DNA of 64,000 nucleotides from Hadesarchaea archaeon (GTDB taxonomy: Archaea; Hadarchaeota; Hadarchaeia; Hadarchaeales; Hadarchaeaceae): NCBI GenBank assembly GCA_029259175.1, contig JAPDJH010000005.1, positions 57,913-121,912 of the forward strand. The letters run 5' to 3'. Below the pieces are notes generated by a model. That model was not told the DNA's origin. It worked only from the letters and a program-made list of their open reading frames with translations, and ran no database searches. Made by a program: the position numbers and the translations under genes. Below are positions 11,736 through 22,405 of the stretch, piece after piece; position 1 is the first letter of the stretch, and every line of letters starts with the position of its first letter.

Positions 11736-11782
11736 ATGCTCGAGCCGTTATATATTGGGTGATAAAAAAATAAGGGGTTGCG

Positions 11783-12595
11783 ATGGAACAACAATCACGG
11801 CCTGCTGTCGAGAAAGGGCCTGCGTGGTGGCTGTTGGGGGTCGCTCTCGGCCTCACCGTCCTCTTTGCAGGATTGGTGTCTCTTGGTCACATCAAATGGT
11901 CGGGTGAGTTTCAGTCCAGTCTACTGGTCGAAGTGAGAGGCGGGGAAGAACAACAAAGCATTGTTGAGCAGATAAAAGCCATCACAAGTGCTTCGGTGGC
12001 CACGGCGCAAGCTGAAAATCTGCTGTTTGTTGAGGTTTTCACTCCTTACACGGCCGAACTCGCGAGCGAGCTAGAAAATTCTATTTCGGGCATTGAAGTC
12101 AAAGAATTAAAACCGGTGTTTGAACATGATGTGTTTTACTCATTTCTAATTGCACTTGTAGGTGCATTGGTAATACTGGGAGCTCTGCTCTTGGTAGCGA
12201 TAAGGAAAAGAAGGCCTGCATGGATTGTTCCTCTTACTATAGGGACAACTATCGGAAGTGCTCTCGGACTTTACGTGCTTGTGGGGCTTTCAGTCGATCA
12301 GCAGACGATTATCGCCGCGGTGCTTCTGGCACTATACATGATAACCATAGAGTCGAGGAGTTTGATCCGACCACCGAGAATGGTTGAACCAAAGTCTTGG
12401 ACCACCCCGACGATGAGTGCTTTGGTGATTCTGCTGGTCTGCTTTCTTCCGGTTTCTCTCATTCTTGGTCCAAGTTTCTTCGTGTTGGTATTCATCGGAG
12501 GTCTGATGGGGTGTTTGACTGTCTCTCTGGTGGTGGAGCCTGCTTTGGTGGAAAAAATGCCTCGTGAGATGGTGAAGTACCATGTCAGTCTATAG
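11783..12595 (+). CDS. Divergent SecF-like membrane protein
   Basis: 1 TM + small extracytoplasmic domain + ~5 TMs; overlaps the SecD-like gene. Confidence 0.55.
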   Translation: MEQQSRPAVEKGPAWWLLGVALGLTVLFAGLVSLGHIKWSGEFQSSLLVEVRGGEEQQSIVEQIKAITSASVATAQAENLLFVEVFTPYTAELASELENSISGIEVKELKPVFEHDVFYSFLIALVGALVILGALLLVAIRKRRPAWIVPLTIGTTIGSALGLYVLVGLSVDQQTIIAAVLLALYMITIESRSLIRPPRMVEPKSWTTPTMSALVILLVCFLPVSLILGPSFFVLVFIGGLMGCLTVSLVVEPALVEKMPREMVKYHVSL

Positions 12596-14324
12596 AGAAA
12601 AGAAGTTCCATCTGTGGGCGCTCCTGAGTGTGCTCTCCCTATTATTAGTATGGCAGCCGTGGCATGGATTGCTCCCGGCTGTGCGGGGTGTTCCGGCGGG
12701 GATAGAAACGAGCGGAGGATATGGAGTTTTGCTGGAATACCAATCATCCATTGTCGATTTTAGGGTTGAAGCTATTGATTTCGATGCTGCTTGGGACTCC
12801 GTTGTGGATGTGCTTTCGCCTTACTGGAGTGCTAGGCTCATTTCGAGCGAGCCGAGTGAAAACCTCATTAGGTTCGAAGTGGGTGGCCAGGTAACTACCA
12901 CATACCTGCAGACTTTGCTTGGCACAATAGGAACTGTAGAAAACGTGGTAACAGGAGTTTCACAGCTAGACGAACAAACAGCGAGGTCACTCAAACATCG
13001 GCTTGACCCTCACGGACTTGCCGGAACTAGTATACGATTGAGCCAAAACAGCATTTGGATAGAAACGCAAAAAGACCCCGAACTCATACAGGACACGCTC
13101 ACAAAACAAGGTCGGCTGGAACTCTTCGTTGAAAAACAACGTGCTATCGGGCCTGAAGATATCCTGGCGATTGGGAGGGCTTCCGAATCGGGCACACTGG
13201 GAGTGATTCCCATCTACTTCACCGAAGAGGGAGAAGCCGACTTCAACAACGCCGTGCTGGGAAAGGGAGGTTCTCGGCTAACAGCGTATCTGGATCGGCC
13301 ATTCGACGCGGTGATTCTCTTTGATAACGTCCTGCTGCCCGAGTTTCTAAATCTCCTCTATGACAATATTGAAAACATATTCAAAGTCAAGGATACGCTG
13401 GAGCCAATAATGGTCACAGCTTTTCCAACAGATCCCAACGAACTCTCTCCAGAAATCGTTCAATACCTAAACGTCCATGCTGGAGAGAAACTGCGCGTGA
13501 TTCTGCTCGGAACCGAAGACGATTTCTCCACCGAATTCCTCGAAGCCATTCCACAACCGTACGTTTACGAGTTCTTTGAAAAAAGACCGGGAGAAGAAGC
13601 CGACGATTGGGTCATTCGGGCTTGCGGGGTGCTCTCGACATTCCTTATAAGCGACGAGTTGGCGGAGAACGGGTTGGCCCCGGGGGGTGGTATTAACGTG
13701 CCCGTCGTTGGAGGATATCAAGCAGCAAAAACTTATCGAACCATCATTGCATACCCGCTCCCGGTTCGGGTTTCTGAAATCACCGTCGCAACCCTAGAGA
13801 GCACGGTCTCTACTAGCTTCGTCGATATGGTGTTTTTCGGCTCTGCCTTGGGGCTGATACTCTCTTCGGCTTTGGTGAGCCGCTGGTACCGGCGAGGCGA
13901 TTTCGGATTAGCTCTGCTCATTAGTGGAGGATCCGTCCTTCTTTTGGTTCTAGCAACTGTCGCGGTGCTCAAGATAACTCTCACAGCGAATAGCGCACTA
14001 CTTGTGTCTGGAATATTCTATGTATGTTTGGTCCAACTACTATTTGTAACTCGCGAATTGTTGGCTGGAATAAAAGGTGAGGAAAAAGTGAAAATCGGAT
14101 GGCGGATCCCAAAAGCCATTGCCACGATTTATCTCAGTTCTCTCGCGGTTGGAGCTTTGCTCATTGCTTTGAGTGCAATGAAAATCGAATTGGTGTTGGG
14201 GGGTGCCGCTGTTTTTATTGTGGCGGCCATGCTCAACTCGTTCTTAGTCGCGCCCATTCACGGGAGGATTTTGGAGACTCTGGTATCACGGGGTATTGAA
14301 AAGCAGGAGCAGGCTCAAGTATAA
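12582..14324 (+). CDS. Divergent SecD-like membrane protein
   Basis: GIETSGG (cf. GLDLxGG), RLDPHG (cf. RxN.xG), large acidic external domain, LPV motif before ~5 C-terminal TMs. Confidence 0.65.
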   Translation: MSVYREKKFHLWALLSVLSLLLVWQPWHGLLPAVRGVPAGIETSGGYGVLLEYQSSIVDFRVEAIDFDAAWDSVVDVLSPYWSARLISSEPSENLIRFEVGGQVTTTYLQTLLGTIGTVENVVTGVSQLDEQTARSLKHRLDPHGLAGTSIRLSQNSIWIETQKDPELIQDTLTKQGRLELFVEKQRAIGPEDILAIGRASESGTLGVIPIYFTEEGEADFNNAVLGKGGSRLTAYLDRPFDAVILFDNVLLPEFLNLLYDNIENIFKVKDTLEPIMVTAFPTDPNELSPEIVQYLNVHAGEKLRVILLGTEDDFSTEFLEAIPQPYVYEFFEKRPGEEADDWVIRACGVLSTFLISDELAENGLAPGGGINVPVVGGYQAAKTYRTIIAYPLPVRVSEITVATLESTVSTSFVDMVFFGSALGLILSSALVSRWYRRGDFGLALLISGGSVLLLVLATVAVLKITLTANSALLVSGIFYVCLVQLLFVTRELLAGIKGEEKVKIGWRIPKAIATIYLSSLAVGALLIALSAMKIELVLGGAAVFIVAAMLNSFLVAPIHGRILETLVSRGIEKQEQAQV

Positions 14325-14585
14325 TCCGGTCAAAATCCACATTGCTGCTAAAGCCAGACAAAATTCCTTGAAATAACCGAATTTTTTGAACGCTCGGGCA
14401 CCAATTAGCACTATCCCTGTCAGACCTATGGAAAAAAACGGGAGAATCGCTGCAGCAACCCAACGCACGTCAACACCAAACACTATCAAAAGAAACGCGA
14501 GCAAGCCGCCGAATACCAGCAATAAGGTTACAGGATAGAAAAGCGCAAACAAAACGTAAATTCTTGAGCGATGCATACCCATCAC
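14286..14585 (-). CDS. Small 3-TM hypothetical membrane protein
   Basis: Hydrophobic ORF coupled to the DUF61-like gene. Confidence 0.6.
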   Translation of the reverse strand: MMGMHRSRIYVLFALFYPVTLLLVFGGLLAFLLIVFGVDVRWVAAAILPFFSIGLTGIVLIGARAFKKFGYFKEFCLALAAMWILTGLYLSLLLLFNTP

Positions 14586-14983
14586 GGCACAAATAGATAC
14601 TCGGTGGTTGTCGGAAGTTTTCTGCGCAAAGACATGATTTCTGGACGGTAGAGAATTAACTCATCGCTCTCATTCTTGTTTAAAACTTTGGCTGCAACAC
14701 GTGCCTCCAAACCAACAAGCTTTGCCGTTCCACTACCAAGTTTTCGATCTATTCGAATTAACATCGGGAGCCTCAAACTTGAGTGCCAATCCTTGGGTAA
14801 CGCGGTCGCTAAGAGATCCAGTTCCTTTTTGTCGAAATAGTGGCGGCCCCCGTTTTTTAACTCCACGTAAGGCTCCGAAGCGTTTAGTGCTTCAGCTAAG
14901 GTTATCCGCTCTCGGGGCAGATGAGCATTAAGCTTCGCCTGTTCTTGTCGTATAAAGGCCTCAATATCCATGCTCCCACTCAT
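14582..14983 (-). CDS. DUF61-family protein
   Basis: LNAHLP..R.TL.E.L...P...LKNG..HYFD..EL, LRLP, LRRKLPTTT. Confidence 0.7.
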   Translation of the reverse strand: MSGSMDIEAFIRQEQAKLNAHLPRERITLAEALNASEPYVELKNGGRHYFDKKELDLLATALPKDWHSSLRLPMLIRIDRKLGSGTAKLVGLEARVAAKVLNKNESDELILYRPEIMSLRRKLPTTTEYLFVP

Positions 14984-15014
14984 CTTGGGGTTTGCCTTGG
15001 TTTAACTCTTGGAC

Positions 15015-15653
15015 TTACTGATGCCTTCTCTCTAGTATCGCCTTGATGCGTTTCAATCGGGTGAAGTTCTCACGTTCGATTTCGTCCAACCGGCTCTGGA
15101 TAAATTTAATCATTTGTTGAAGTCTCGGAATCAGCACATGCTCCAGGGCGTTAACGCGCCGTTTGGTTCGCTCTAGTTCTCGCGCCAAAGCATAAGCGGC
15201 CGCTTCTAGCTCTGCGAGTTTAACCAAATGTGCTAGTGCTTGTACAAATGCGGCTGTTGCCTTATCCAAAACTGCTGAAGTGCCATGAATCGAATACCCG
15301 GGCAATGGGGCTTTCTTGTCCTGATCTATCTCGACGTGAGGGACTGAGACTCCCATTAAATATCTGGTCTGAATCCTGAGCGTCACGTCGCGCTTCATCT
15401 CTCGTGCAGCTTGCAGAGTCTCGATGGTTCCTATCTCGGCTTGACAAATCGAGAGCTGTCCAAAGGCTTTCGAGAGACTCTCCAGCGCGTTCTTTCTGAC
15501 ATCTTCTATTTCCCTCAAAATCCCGAAGAATTCCATTATCAAAGCATCCATTTTCTCCCTCAGCAAATCGTGGCCTTTCTGTGCCAAAGCGATTCTGCGC
15601 CTGAGTTTTATGAGTTCCATTCTAGTCGGTGCAACTCCCAATGCCGTCGCCAT
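15015..15653 (-). CDS. atpD: A1Ao ATP synthase subunit D
   Basis: PTRMEL..L, GHDLLREK.DAL, TKRRVNALE. Confidence 0.95.
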   Translation of the reverse strand: MATALGVAPTRMELIKLRRRIALAQKGHDLLREKMDALIMEFFGILREIEDVRKNALESLSKAFGQLSICQAEIGTIETLQAAREMKRDVTLRIQTRYLMGVSVPHVEIDQDKKAPLPGYSIHGTSAVLDKATAAFVQALAHLVKLAELEAAAYALARELERTKRRVNALEHVLIPRLQQMIKFIQSRLDEIERENFTRLKRIKAILERRHQ

Positions 15654-15655
15654 TC

Positions 15656-15988
15656 TTATTCCTCCCTTCTAACCACAACTTCAGCGCCCACTGTTCTCTT
15701 TATGAGCTCACGTAGCTCATCAACTTCTGGCATCCATCCACTCTTATCCGGAACCGCTAGGACCAGAGGTACTGGTTTCTTTCTGCGAAGCTCTTTGAGT
15801 TCAGGTGAGATCTGAGAGGCAATCCGGTGTGGCAGAATGATTAGCCCGATCTCTGGGTTGTCGAACAACTCGCGTATTTTCGCCAGAGTCGCCTCCATTC
15901 TCTCGTGGAGATAAAGTTGGGAAACCCCGGCCAAACCGAAACCGGAAATAAAATCTATGTCTCCTATGCAGGCAATTTTTAGACTCAC
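15656..15988 (-). CDS. atpF: A1Ao ATP synthase subunit F
   Basis: KIACIGD.DFISGFGLAGV, LRELIKRTVG; GTG start after GGAGGTGA. Confidence 0.92.
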   Translation of the reverse strand: MSLKIACIGDIDFISGFGLAGVSQLYLHERMEATLAKIRELFDNPEIGLIILPHRIASQISPELKELRRKKPVPLVLAVPDKSGWMPEVDELRELIKRTVGAEVVVRREE

Positions 15989-17106
15989 GACAAGCTCACC
16001 TCCAAAACTAGTCTCTTTTTTATTTCTGCAGCGGGGAGACCGTCGGCTTTCATGCGAAGACATTTTCTCAAGTTTCTGAACTCCGCCTCCTTGTGAGCAA
16101 CATAGGAAATCACGGGAGCTACTGAAAACTGGTGAAGCAAGGATAGCCGCTTACACAATTCGAGATAGAATCGGTCGAGCGCCCGCTCTGCAGCCTCGGG
16201 CCCTTCTCTCGCTATCTCCTCAGCTGCACTCGACAAGGCTGACCCCACCATCGTTATACGGATGGAGTGAATTGCCGATTTTATATCCTCAGCGACCATC
16301 ATGGCCTTGAGCATAGGCTCTGTGAGTTCATGACTCGGCCGTATCAGATACTTGTCGATTTCGGGCTCTGGAACACCAGCATCCTTCAGCCTCAATATGG
16401 TTTTAGCATTAACAGCGTCGACCAGATAACCCACCAGCTGTTTCAAGATTTTCCTATCAGTCTTTGTTTTCTGTGCAAGTTCCCATAACGATGAATAATA
16501 TGTTTTCTCGAGAGCCACCAACAAAGCCGGTAAACCGTGCTGTTCGTAGTCGGATAGTGCCCGTTGGAGCGAATCGCCGTAGTCCGTGCCCTTGAGGAAC
16601 TCTAGGAGCTGCTCCAGCGATTCTGCTGATGCCAACAGCTGCAAGCTTTCATACGTGTGAACGGGAGATGGTAGAAGCTCGCGGCTTCGTTCTTCCTTCG
16701 GAATTTGATAGTGGATGGCAGAAACTATCATTTTCAAGTTCCAGAGATACCGCTGCTCGACTATTTTTCGAATCACAGGGGCCGTGTCATCGGGAACCAA
16801 CGAAACTAGCTCGCGTAATCTTTGCACCACCAGACCGTGTAAAAGCCGCTCGAGCACTCGAAAATCGTCTTTGTCGGAGAACTCACGGACAACGCCTCCA
16901 TATTCGGTGCCCTCAAGAGCGAGTAGGGCCGAACGCAGGTCTGGCGTTTCTATTAATTCCATGAACTTGGATGTCGGGAGAAGCCTCGCCTCCCATGCAC
17001 TGACCGTTGAGTTGCAAAACACATAATCCATGGTGTGCTTGGTAGAAATGAAAAGCGCAGCAAAAAACAGTGCGATGGCTGTTAAGAACAAACCAACAAC
17101 AATCAT
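15985..17106 (-). CDS. atpC: A1Ao ATP synthase subunit C (with N-terminal hydrophobic helix)
   Basis: vATPase AC39-like repeats (WNLKMI, VDAVNAKTILRLK, EFRNLR); operon position. Confidence 0.88.
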   Translation of the reverse strand: MIVVGLFLTAIALFFAALFISTKHTMDYVFCNSTVSAWEARLLPTSKFMELIETPDLRSALLALEGTEYGGVVREFSDKDDFRVLERLLHGLVVQRLRELVSLVPDDTAPVIRKIVEQRYLWNLKMIVSAIHYQIPKEERSRELLPSPVHTYESLQLLASAESLEQLLEFLKGTDYGDSLQRALSDYEQHGLPALLVALEKTYYSSLWELAQKTKTDRKILKQLVGYLVDAVNAKTILRLKDAGVPEPEIDKYLIRPSHELTEPMLKAMMVAEDIKSAIHSIRITMVGSALSSAAEEIAREGPEAAERALDRFYLELCKRLSLLHQFSVAPVISYVAHKEAEFRNLRKCLRMKADGLPAAEIKKRLVLEVSLS

Positions 17107-17718
17107 CTAGGCCCCTTCGAACAACGCCTTTGCGATCTCTACACGAAGGCGCTCCTGCTCTCTTCTCAACAAGCTGTCGAGTGTTTCGTCTGCAACTATC
17201 AAACCATCCGGGGTCTCGGCTCGAATTCCGCCAATAGCTGAAATCGGTTTGCCTAAAGACACTTCTTTTCCGGTTTTCTTCGAAATCTCGTCAAGCTTCT
17301 TCTCTAGGATTTTAGTATCCCGTTTATTCGCCCGCAGCACTACCTTATCAGACCCTAGTTCTTTGCATGTGCGCTCGGCCAGTTTGAGCAAATATTTCGA
17401 ATACTCGGCGGAAGACACGTACTTTTGAAGTGCTCGCCGGATCTCTTGAAGACCTTGTTCGATCAATTGTTCCCTCTTCTGCAAAAACTCTCTTCTCGCT
17501 CTCATCCGACCCTCAGCAAGAATCTGATCACGCATTCTCGCCCCTTCCGATTCAGTCTCGCGTGTTATCTGAAGCCGGCGCTCCTTGGCGGTTATTTTTG
17601 CACTGCCTAAGATTGTTTCGCTCTCACGCCTGGCCTCGCGGATAATTCTATCGGCTTCTCGTTTGGCTTCTGATAAAATCTCCTCTGCTAGCAGGGCCGC
17701 GCCTTTTTCTGCTCGCAA
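17107..17718 (-). CDS. atpE: A1Ao ATP synthase subunit E
   Basis: Charged coiled coil, IGGIRAET.DG.IV.D.TL, ALF terminus. Confidence 0.9.
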   Translation of the reverse strand: MRAEKGAALLAEEILSEAKREADRIIREARRESETILGSAKITAKERRLQITRETESEGARMRDQILAEGRMRARREFLQKREQLIEQGLQEIRRALQKYVSSAEYSKYLLKLAERTCKELGSDKVVLRANKRDTKILEKKLDEISKKTGKEVSLGKPISAIGGIRAETPDGLIVADETLDSLLRREQERLRVEIAKALFEGA

Positions 17719-17736
17719 ACTTAGTCCCCCAGCGCC

Positions 17737-18207
17737 CTATGGAATCACTGTCGGGCTGGTGAGAAGCAAAATCGTCGCTAGCAAGCCAAGAATTGCATAC
17801 AACTCTACCATCACTGTATACATCATGCCGGGAGTAAAAGCCTCGGGACGTTTTGCCACCGCGTTCACGCTTGCTGTCGCCACCCGGCCCTGAAGCAAGG
17901 CTGTGAATCCTTGGAGAATCGCGGGACATGCAGCTGCGAGAACCACCAAACCGCTGATCTCCGGACTGAGAGTGCCCCCTAGAACTCCGCTGAAAATCAA
18001 TATCATAAAGCCGCCTATGAAACCGTAGATTCCTTGCGTTCCCGGCAACACCTCTAAGATGAAAAGCTTTGAAAACTTCTTTGGATCTTCCGCTGTCACC
18101 GCTGCTGCTGCAACACCTGTCATGCCCACTCCGATCGCTGACATGAGGCCTGGAATCGCTACGGCCAGACCTGCCGCCAGTACTACTAGAACGGCGTCAC
18201 TTACCAA
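17737..18207 (-). CDS. atpK: A1Ao ATP synthase proteolipid subunit K/c (4 TM)
   Basis: LPGTQGIYG, LLQGRVA, MVELYAILG. Confidence 0.93.
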   Translation of the reverse strand: MVSDAVLVVLAAGLAVAIPGLMSAIGVGMTGVAAAAVTAEDPKKFSKLFILEVLPGTQGIYGFIGGFMILIFSGVLGGTLSPEISGLVVLAAACPAILQGFTALLQGRVATASVNAVAKRPEAFTPGMMYTVMVELYAILGLLATILLLTSPTVIP

Positions 18208-20242
18208 TCCTCACACCCCCTCTTAATATCGTAAACCTCCTTTTAGCCTTAAAGGGAGTAAACGGCTCTCCACCTCCCTCATAGAATTTGCCAAAAAACT
18301 CGGCGAAATGGAGACGCATGGTGTGGATGAACCCTCCCAGAGTGTTTATGAAAATGTTGAACGAATGCCCGGCCACAAACACGAATCCCAAGGCCACAGC
18401 ACCAAGAATCGCGACGAGTATGGCCGGGGAAGCGGTAAGATAGGGAGAGACCAGCCACCCCCAAAAGATCGAGATTATGAAATTGATAGAAAACGCGATC
18501 ACGCCCGTGGCAATTCCCAATGCAAGCAAACGCGTATAGGAAGTCACGTCCGCTATGAGCCCTGTTATTCCATAAACCGTGTTTATGACGCCCCCCAGTT
18601 TGCCTCTCACGCCCCGTCCGGAAATCATTGCACCAACCGCGCCCAAACCGATTCCTCCATAGAAAAGCCCTCTGCTAATCTGGGTAACAAGCGATGCCGG
18701 TGCAAAGGGATTGAAGGCAGAAAACAGCTCCATTCGCGGAAAGGTATAGTTGATCCCAAATTCGTGCAAACCCACACCCAAAACACTGAAGCTGAGACCA
18801 AAAAATCCGAGCAACAAAAAGATTCGTGCAAGACGCTCCGAAAAGACTGAAACCAAGGATTTTTGTCTAAGGTCCTTCAGAACTCCTGCCACTCCGAACG
18901 CTAAAATCAAGTGAAACATACCAATAAAAATCACTAGCTTCAGCAACGGAATGGGGTTCTCCACGGGGTTGACCCACAGCCCGCCTCCGAATCCAAACCA
19001 GCCGCCAATGAACACGCTTACGATTGCTGTAACGATGCCGCATAATGCCATCATTCGTCTCAAGTATGGCGGGAAAGATTTTACAAACCACAGGCCTGAG
19101 AGCATAAACGCTGCCAGTGCCAATCCGTAGCCGGCGTCGGAAAGACAGATCCCAAAAAAGACGGGGAAGGTTAGTGACAAAAGCCACGTCGGATCCACTT
19201 CGTTGTATCGAGGCAAACCATACATTCTGGTCAGAAACTCGAAATCTTTCACCATTTCGGGGTTCTGGAGCTGAATTGGGACTTCGCGTATTTCAGCTGG
19301 CGAAGGATCGGTTACCAGCATCAAACTGCGACCTCGAGTATGCCTCTTCACTAGTCGTTCGACCTTCTTTAAATCTCTCGCGAGCACCCAGCCCTCGAGC
19401 ACTACCAGCATGTCGGACCCTCCGAAAAGTCCAGCAGCCTCCAGCCTTTCCTTTTGGATTTCCAACGTCTCTCGTGCACAAACCACGTCTTGGAGATACT
19501 GACGGCCCAACCGACGAAGTTTTTGTTCGACTATCCTTCTTTTTCTCTCTAAAGAATCCAGCCTTGATTGAAGTTTAGCTATAGCTGCTGATGGTGTCTC
19601 CCTCATATCGGGCAAGTCCACCAGCTCTACTCCAAACCGATAAAGAAGGGGGGCTAGCTTCGATTTTTCAGTCGACTTGCACGCGATCACAACGGGGAGC
19701 TTCCTCGCTTTTCCAACGGCGTATACGACAGCTTTCTCATTGCAAGCCGCGTACACGGCTTTCGAGAATTCCTCGAAAACGTCCTCATCGATCAGACCCG
19801 CAACAACATGGAGAAAACGGCCCTCTCTGAAATGTCTGAGTGGATGATCCAGAGCCGAAAAAGGGGTGAGTGCGGAAATTTGTTCCCTGACACTCTGACT
19901 CTCCTTTTGAAGGGAATCCAACGCTTCCCGATATTTTTTTATTTTCGGTTCGATTCGGCGCACGACTTGCTCGGCTTTCTTGAGGGTGCTTTCAAGTGTG
20001 AGTTCTGGCACCGGTCGCGGCTTTCCCTTGTAGACGCCGAGCAGTTCCTCCATATCGTGTAAACTGGACAAAAGAGAGACCAAGTTTTCAAGCTGTTCGC
20101 TTACTTGCCTACGCACTCCTTCAATCGAAGAAGCCTCCTTCAACTGTATTACTCCAGCTTCGTGGAGAGCCGAGACAAGGCGTTCTCGGCGGTTTTTGTG
20201 AAAAACCAACACGATTTTCTTTATGGGAGCTGGATAAAGCAC
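18197..20242 (-). CDS. atpI: A1Ao ATP synthase subunit I/a
   Basis: YGLPRYNEVDPT, SDAGYG, SYTRLLALG, HTMRLHFAEFFGKFYEGGG..F.PF. Confidence 0.95.
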   Translation of the reverse strand: MLYPAPIKKIVLVFHKNRRERLVSALHEAGVIQLKEASSIEGVRRQVSEQLENLVSLLSSLHDMEELLGVYKGKPRPVPELTLESTLKKAEQVVRRIEPKIKKYREALDSLQKESQSVREQISALTPFSALDHPLRHFREGRFLHVVAGLIDEDVFEEFSKAVYAACNEKAVVYAVGKARKLPVVIACKSTEKSKLAPLLYRFGVELVDLPDMRETPSAAIAKLQSRLDSLERKRRIVEQKLRRLGRQYLQDVVCARETLEIQKERLEAAGLFGGSDMLVVLEGWVLARDLKKVERLVKRHTRGRSLMLVTDPSPAEIREVPIQLQNPEMVKDFEFLTRMYGLPRYNEVDPTWLLSLTFPVFFGICLSDAGYGLALAAFMLSGLWFVKSFPPYLRRMMALCGIVTAIVSVFIGGWFGFGGGLWVNPVENPIPLLKLVIFIGMFHLILAFGVAGVLKDLRQKSLVSVFSERLARIFLLLGFFGLSFSVLGVGLHEFGINYTFPRMELFSAFNPFAPASLVTQISRGLFYGGIGLGAVGAMISGRGVRGKLGGVINTVYGITGLIADVTSYTRLLALGIATGVIAFSINFIISIFWGWLVSPYLTASPAILVAILGAVALGFVFVAGHSFNIFINTLGGFIHTMRLHFAEFFGKFYEGGGEPFTPFKAKRRFTILRGGVRIGK

Positions 20243-20246
20243 CCCG

Positions 20247-20552
20247 TCACCTCAAGAGTTGCTTCACTATCCGAGACGCTATCTTTTTCGATCTCTCCTT
20301 CGCCATTCGTTCCATTTTAGCAAGTTCTCTCTGCGTCTTCTTCATTAGTTCATCGACCTCGGCTTGCGCGGCCTTTTTGATTTCCTCTAGTTTCTCAGCC
20401 GATTCTTGTTTTGCTTGCTCTACGGCTTCGTCAATCAAACGCTGGCTCTCTTTTCTGGCCTCCTCCATAAGCTTTGCTGCTTTTCGTCGCGCGTCTTCTA
20501 TGATTCGCTTGGCCTTTTCTTCGGCTTCAAACACCGTTCGCAACACGTCCAA
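20247..20552 (-). CDS. atpH: A1Ao ATP synthase subunit H/G (peripheral stalk)
   Basis: EAEEKAKRIIEDARRKA coiled coil at the head of the operon. Confidence 0.85.
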   Translation of the reverse strand: MDVLRTVFEAEEKAKRIIEDARRKAAKLMEEARKESQRLIDEAVEQAKQESAEKLEEIKKAAQAEVDELMKKTQRELAKMERMAKERSKKIASRIVKQLLR

Positions 20553-20638
20553 TCAATCGACCCCCATCGGTGTGATTCAGATACAAATAGTCTCAAGTTT
20601 ATTAAAATGAAGTCGATAAATTTAGCGGGTGTGATTGG

Positions 20639-22405
20639 TTGGGGAGAATCGTTCGGATCACCGGGCCTGTCGTGATCGCTGATGGATTGCGCGGTTCAGA
20701 AATGTACGAACTCGTGAGAGTGGGTGAGGAAAAACTAATTGGAGAAATAATTGGGCTCAACGAGGATCGGGCAATAATCCAAGTCTATGAGGAAACTTCG
20801 GGGATAAAACCCGGGGAGCCGGTTGAAGGAACTGGCAGACCGCTTTCCGTGGAGTTGGGTCCGGGGCTCATTGGGTCCATATACGATGGGACTCAGCGCC
20901 CACTAGATGTCATTATGTCAAAAGTCGGATACCTCGTGAAGCGGGGTGTCTCAGCTTTCGCTCTTCCTCGGGACAAAAAATGGAAATTCACTCCGAAGGT
21001 CGGGAAGGGGCAAGAGGTTCAGGAAGGAGACGTTCTTGGAATCGTGAAGGAGACCAAGCTGGTGGAGCATCGAATAATGGTTCCACCAGGGATCAAAGGA
21101 AAGGTGGTGGAGATCGCTGATGGCTCGTTTACTGTTGAAGAAACGATTGCAGTAATCGAAACAGCTGGGGGAAGCAGGGAAGTTCAAATGATGCAGATAT
21201 GGCCGGTACGACGTCCCCGTCCGTACAAGAAGAAATTGGAACCCTCGGAGCCCCTGTTTACCGGTCAGCGGATCGCGGACACCTTTTTCCCGGTGGCTAA
21301 GGGCGGCACCGTGGCCATTCCAGGAGGATTTGGAACGGGAAAAACCGTGTTCCTGCATCAGGTGGCGAAATGGGCCGATGCCGAAATTGTGACGTATATC
21401 GGGTGTGGCGAGCGTGGAAATGAAATGTGTGATGTGCTCGTTCACTTTCCTCAGCTCAAGGATCCGCGGAGCGGTGAACCGCTTATGGAACGCACGGTGC
21501 TCATCGCGAACACTTCCAATATGCCGGTCGCCGCAAGAGAGGCCAGCGTATACACGGGGATAACTATTGCTGAGTACTTCAGGGACATGGGGTACAATGT
21601 GGCGCTGATGGCGGATTCCACCTCACGATGGGCCGAGGCGATGAGGGAGATTTCAGGTCGGCTAGAAGAAATGCCAGGAGAAGAAGGATTTCCGGCGTAT
21701 TTGGCCTCTCGGCTGGCGGAATTTTACGAGCGGGCAGGAAGAGTCATCACTCTCGGGAGTGAAGAGCGAATAGGCTCGGTGACTGTGCTTGGCGCCGTGT
21801 CGCCGCCAGGTGGTGATCTCTCAGAGCCTGTCACTCAGAACACGTTGCGTATAGTCAAAGTTTTCTGGGCGCTGGACACGGGATTGGCAGACAGACGCCA
21901 CTTCCCGGCGATCCACTGGCTTACCAGTTATTCGCTCTATGTCGACCACCTGGCCCCGTGGTGGAAAGAGCGATTTGGCAGGGATTGGAGGTCTTTGCGC
22001 AGTGAAGCTTTGGCTATGCTCCAGAAAGAGGCTGAGCTAGAAGAAATAGTCAAGTTGGTAGGACCCGATGCTCTTCCAGAGCCGGACCGAGCAGTATTGG
22101 AATCCGCTAGAATGATGAGAGAGGATCTCCTCCAGCAATTCGCTTTTCACCCTGTGGACACATACTGTCCACCGGAAAAACAGATCACGATGCTCGAAAT
22201 CGTGCTCGAATTCTATCGAAAATGTGTGGAAGCGACTAGGCGTGGCGTGCCGGTGCGTGAAATCATCAAACTGCCCGTGCGCGAGACGATTGCCGGAATG
22301 AAACGGATAGAAAACGAACGCTTCCAAGAAGAGAGCAAGCGGATCAGAGAACAATTAGAACAAGAATTTGAGGAACTGTTCAGAAAAGTCGGAGGAGGGG
22401 GGTAA
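20639..22405 (+). CDS. atpA: A1Ao ATP synthase subunit A
   Basis: [46 protein letters not shown]; no intein. Confidence 0.97.
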   Translation: MGRIVRITGPVVIADGLRGSEMYELVRVGEEKLIGEIIGLNEDRAIIQVYEETSGIKPGEPVEGTGRPLSVELGPGLIGSIYDGTQRPLDVIMSKVGYLVKRGVSAFALPRDKKWKFTPKVGKGQEVQEGDVLGIVKETKLVEHRIMVPPGIKGKVVEIADGSFTVEETIAVIETAGGSREVQMMQIWPVRRPRPYKKKLEPSEPLFTGQRIADTFFPVAKGGTVAIPGGFGTGKTVFLHQVAKWADAEIVTYIGCGERGNEMCDVLVHFPQLKDPRSGEPLMERTVLIANTSNMPVAAREASVYTGITIAEYFRDMGYNVALMADSTSRWAEAMREISGRLEEMPGEEGFPAYLASRLAEFYERAGRVITLGSEERIGSVTVLGAVSPPGGDLSEPVTQNTLRIVKVFWALDTGLADRRHFPAIHWLTSYSLYVDHLAPWWKERFGRDWRSLRSEALAMLQKEAELEEIVKLVGPDALPEPDRAVLESARMMREDLLQQFAFHPVDTYCPPEKQITMLEIVLEFYRKCVEATRRGVPVREIIKLPVRETIAGMKRIENERFQEESKRIREQLEQEFEELFRKVGGGG

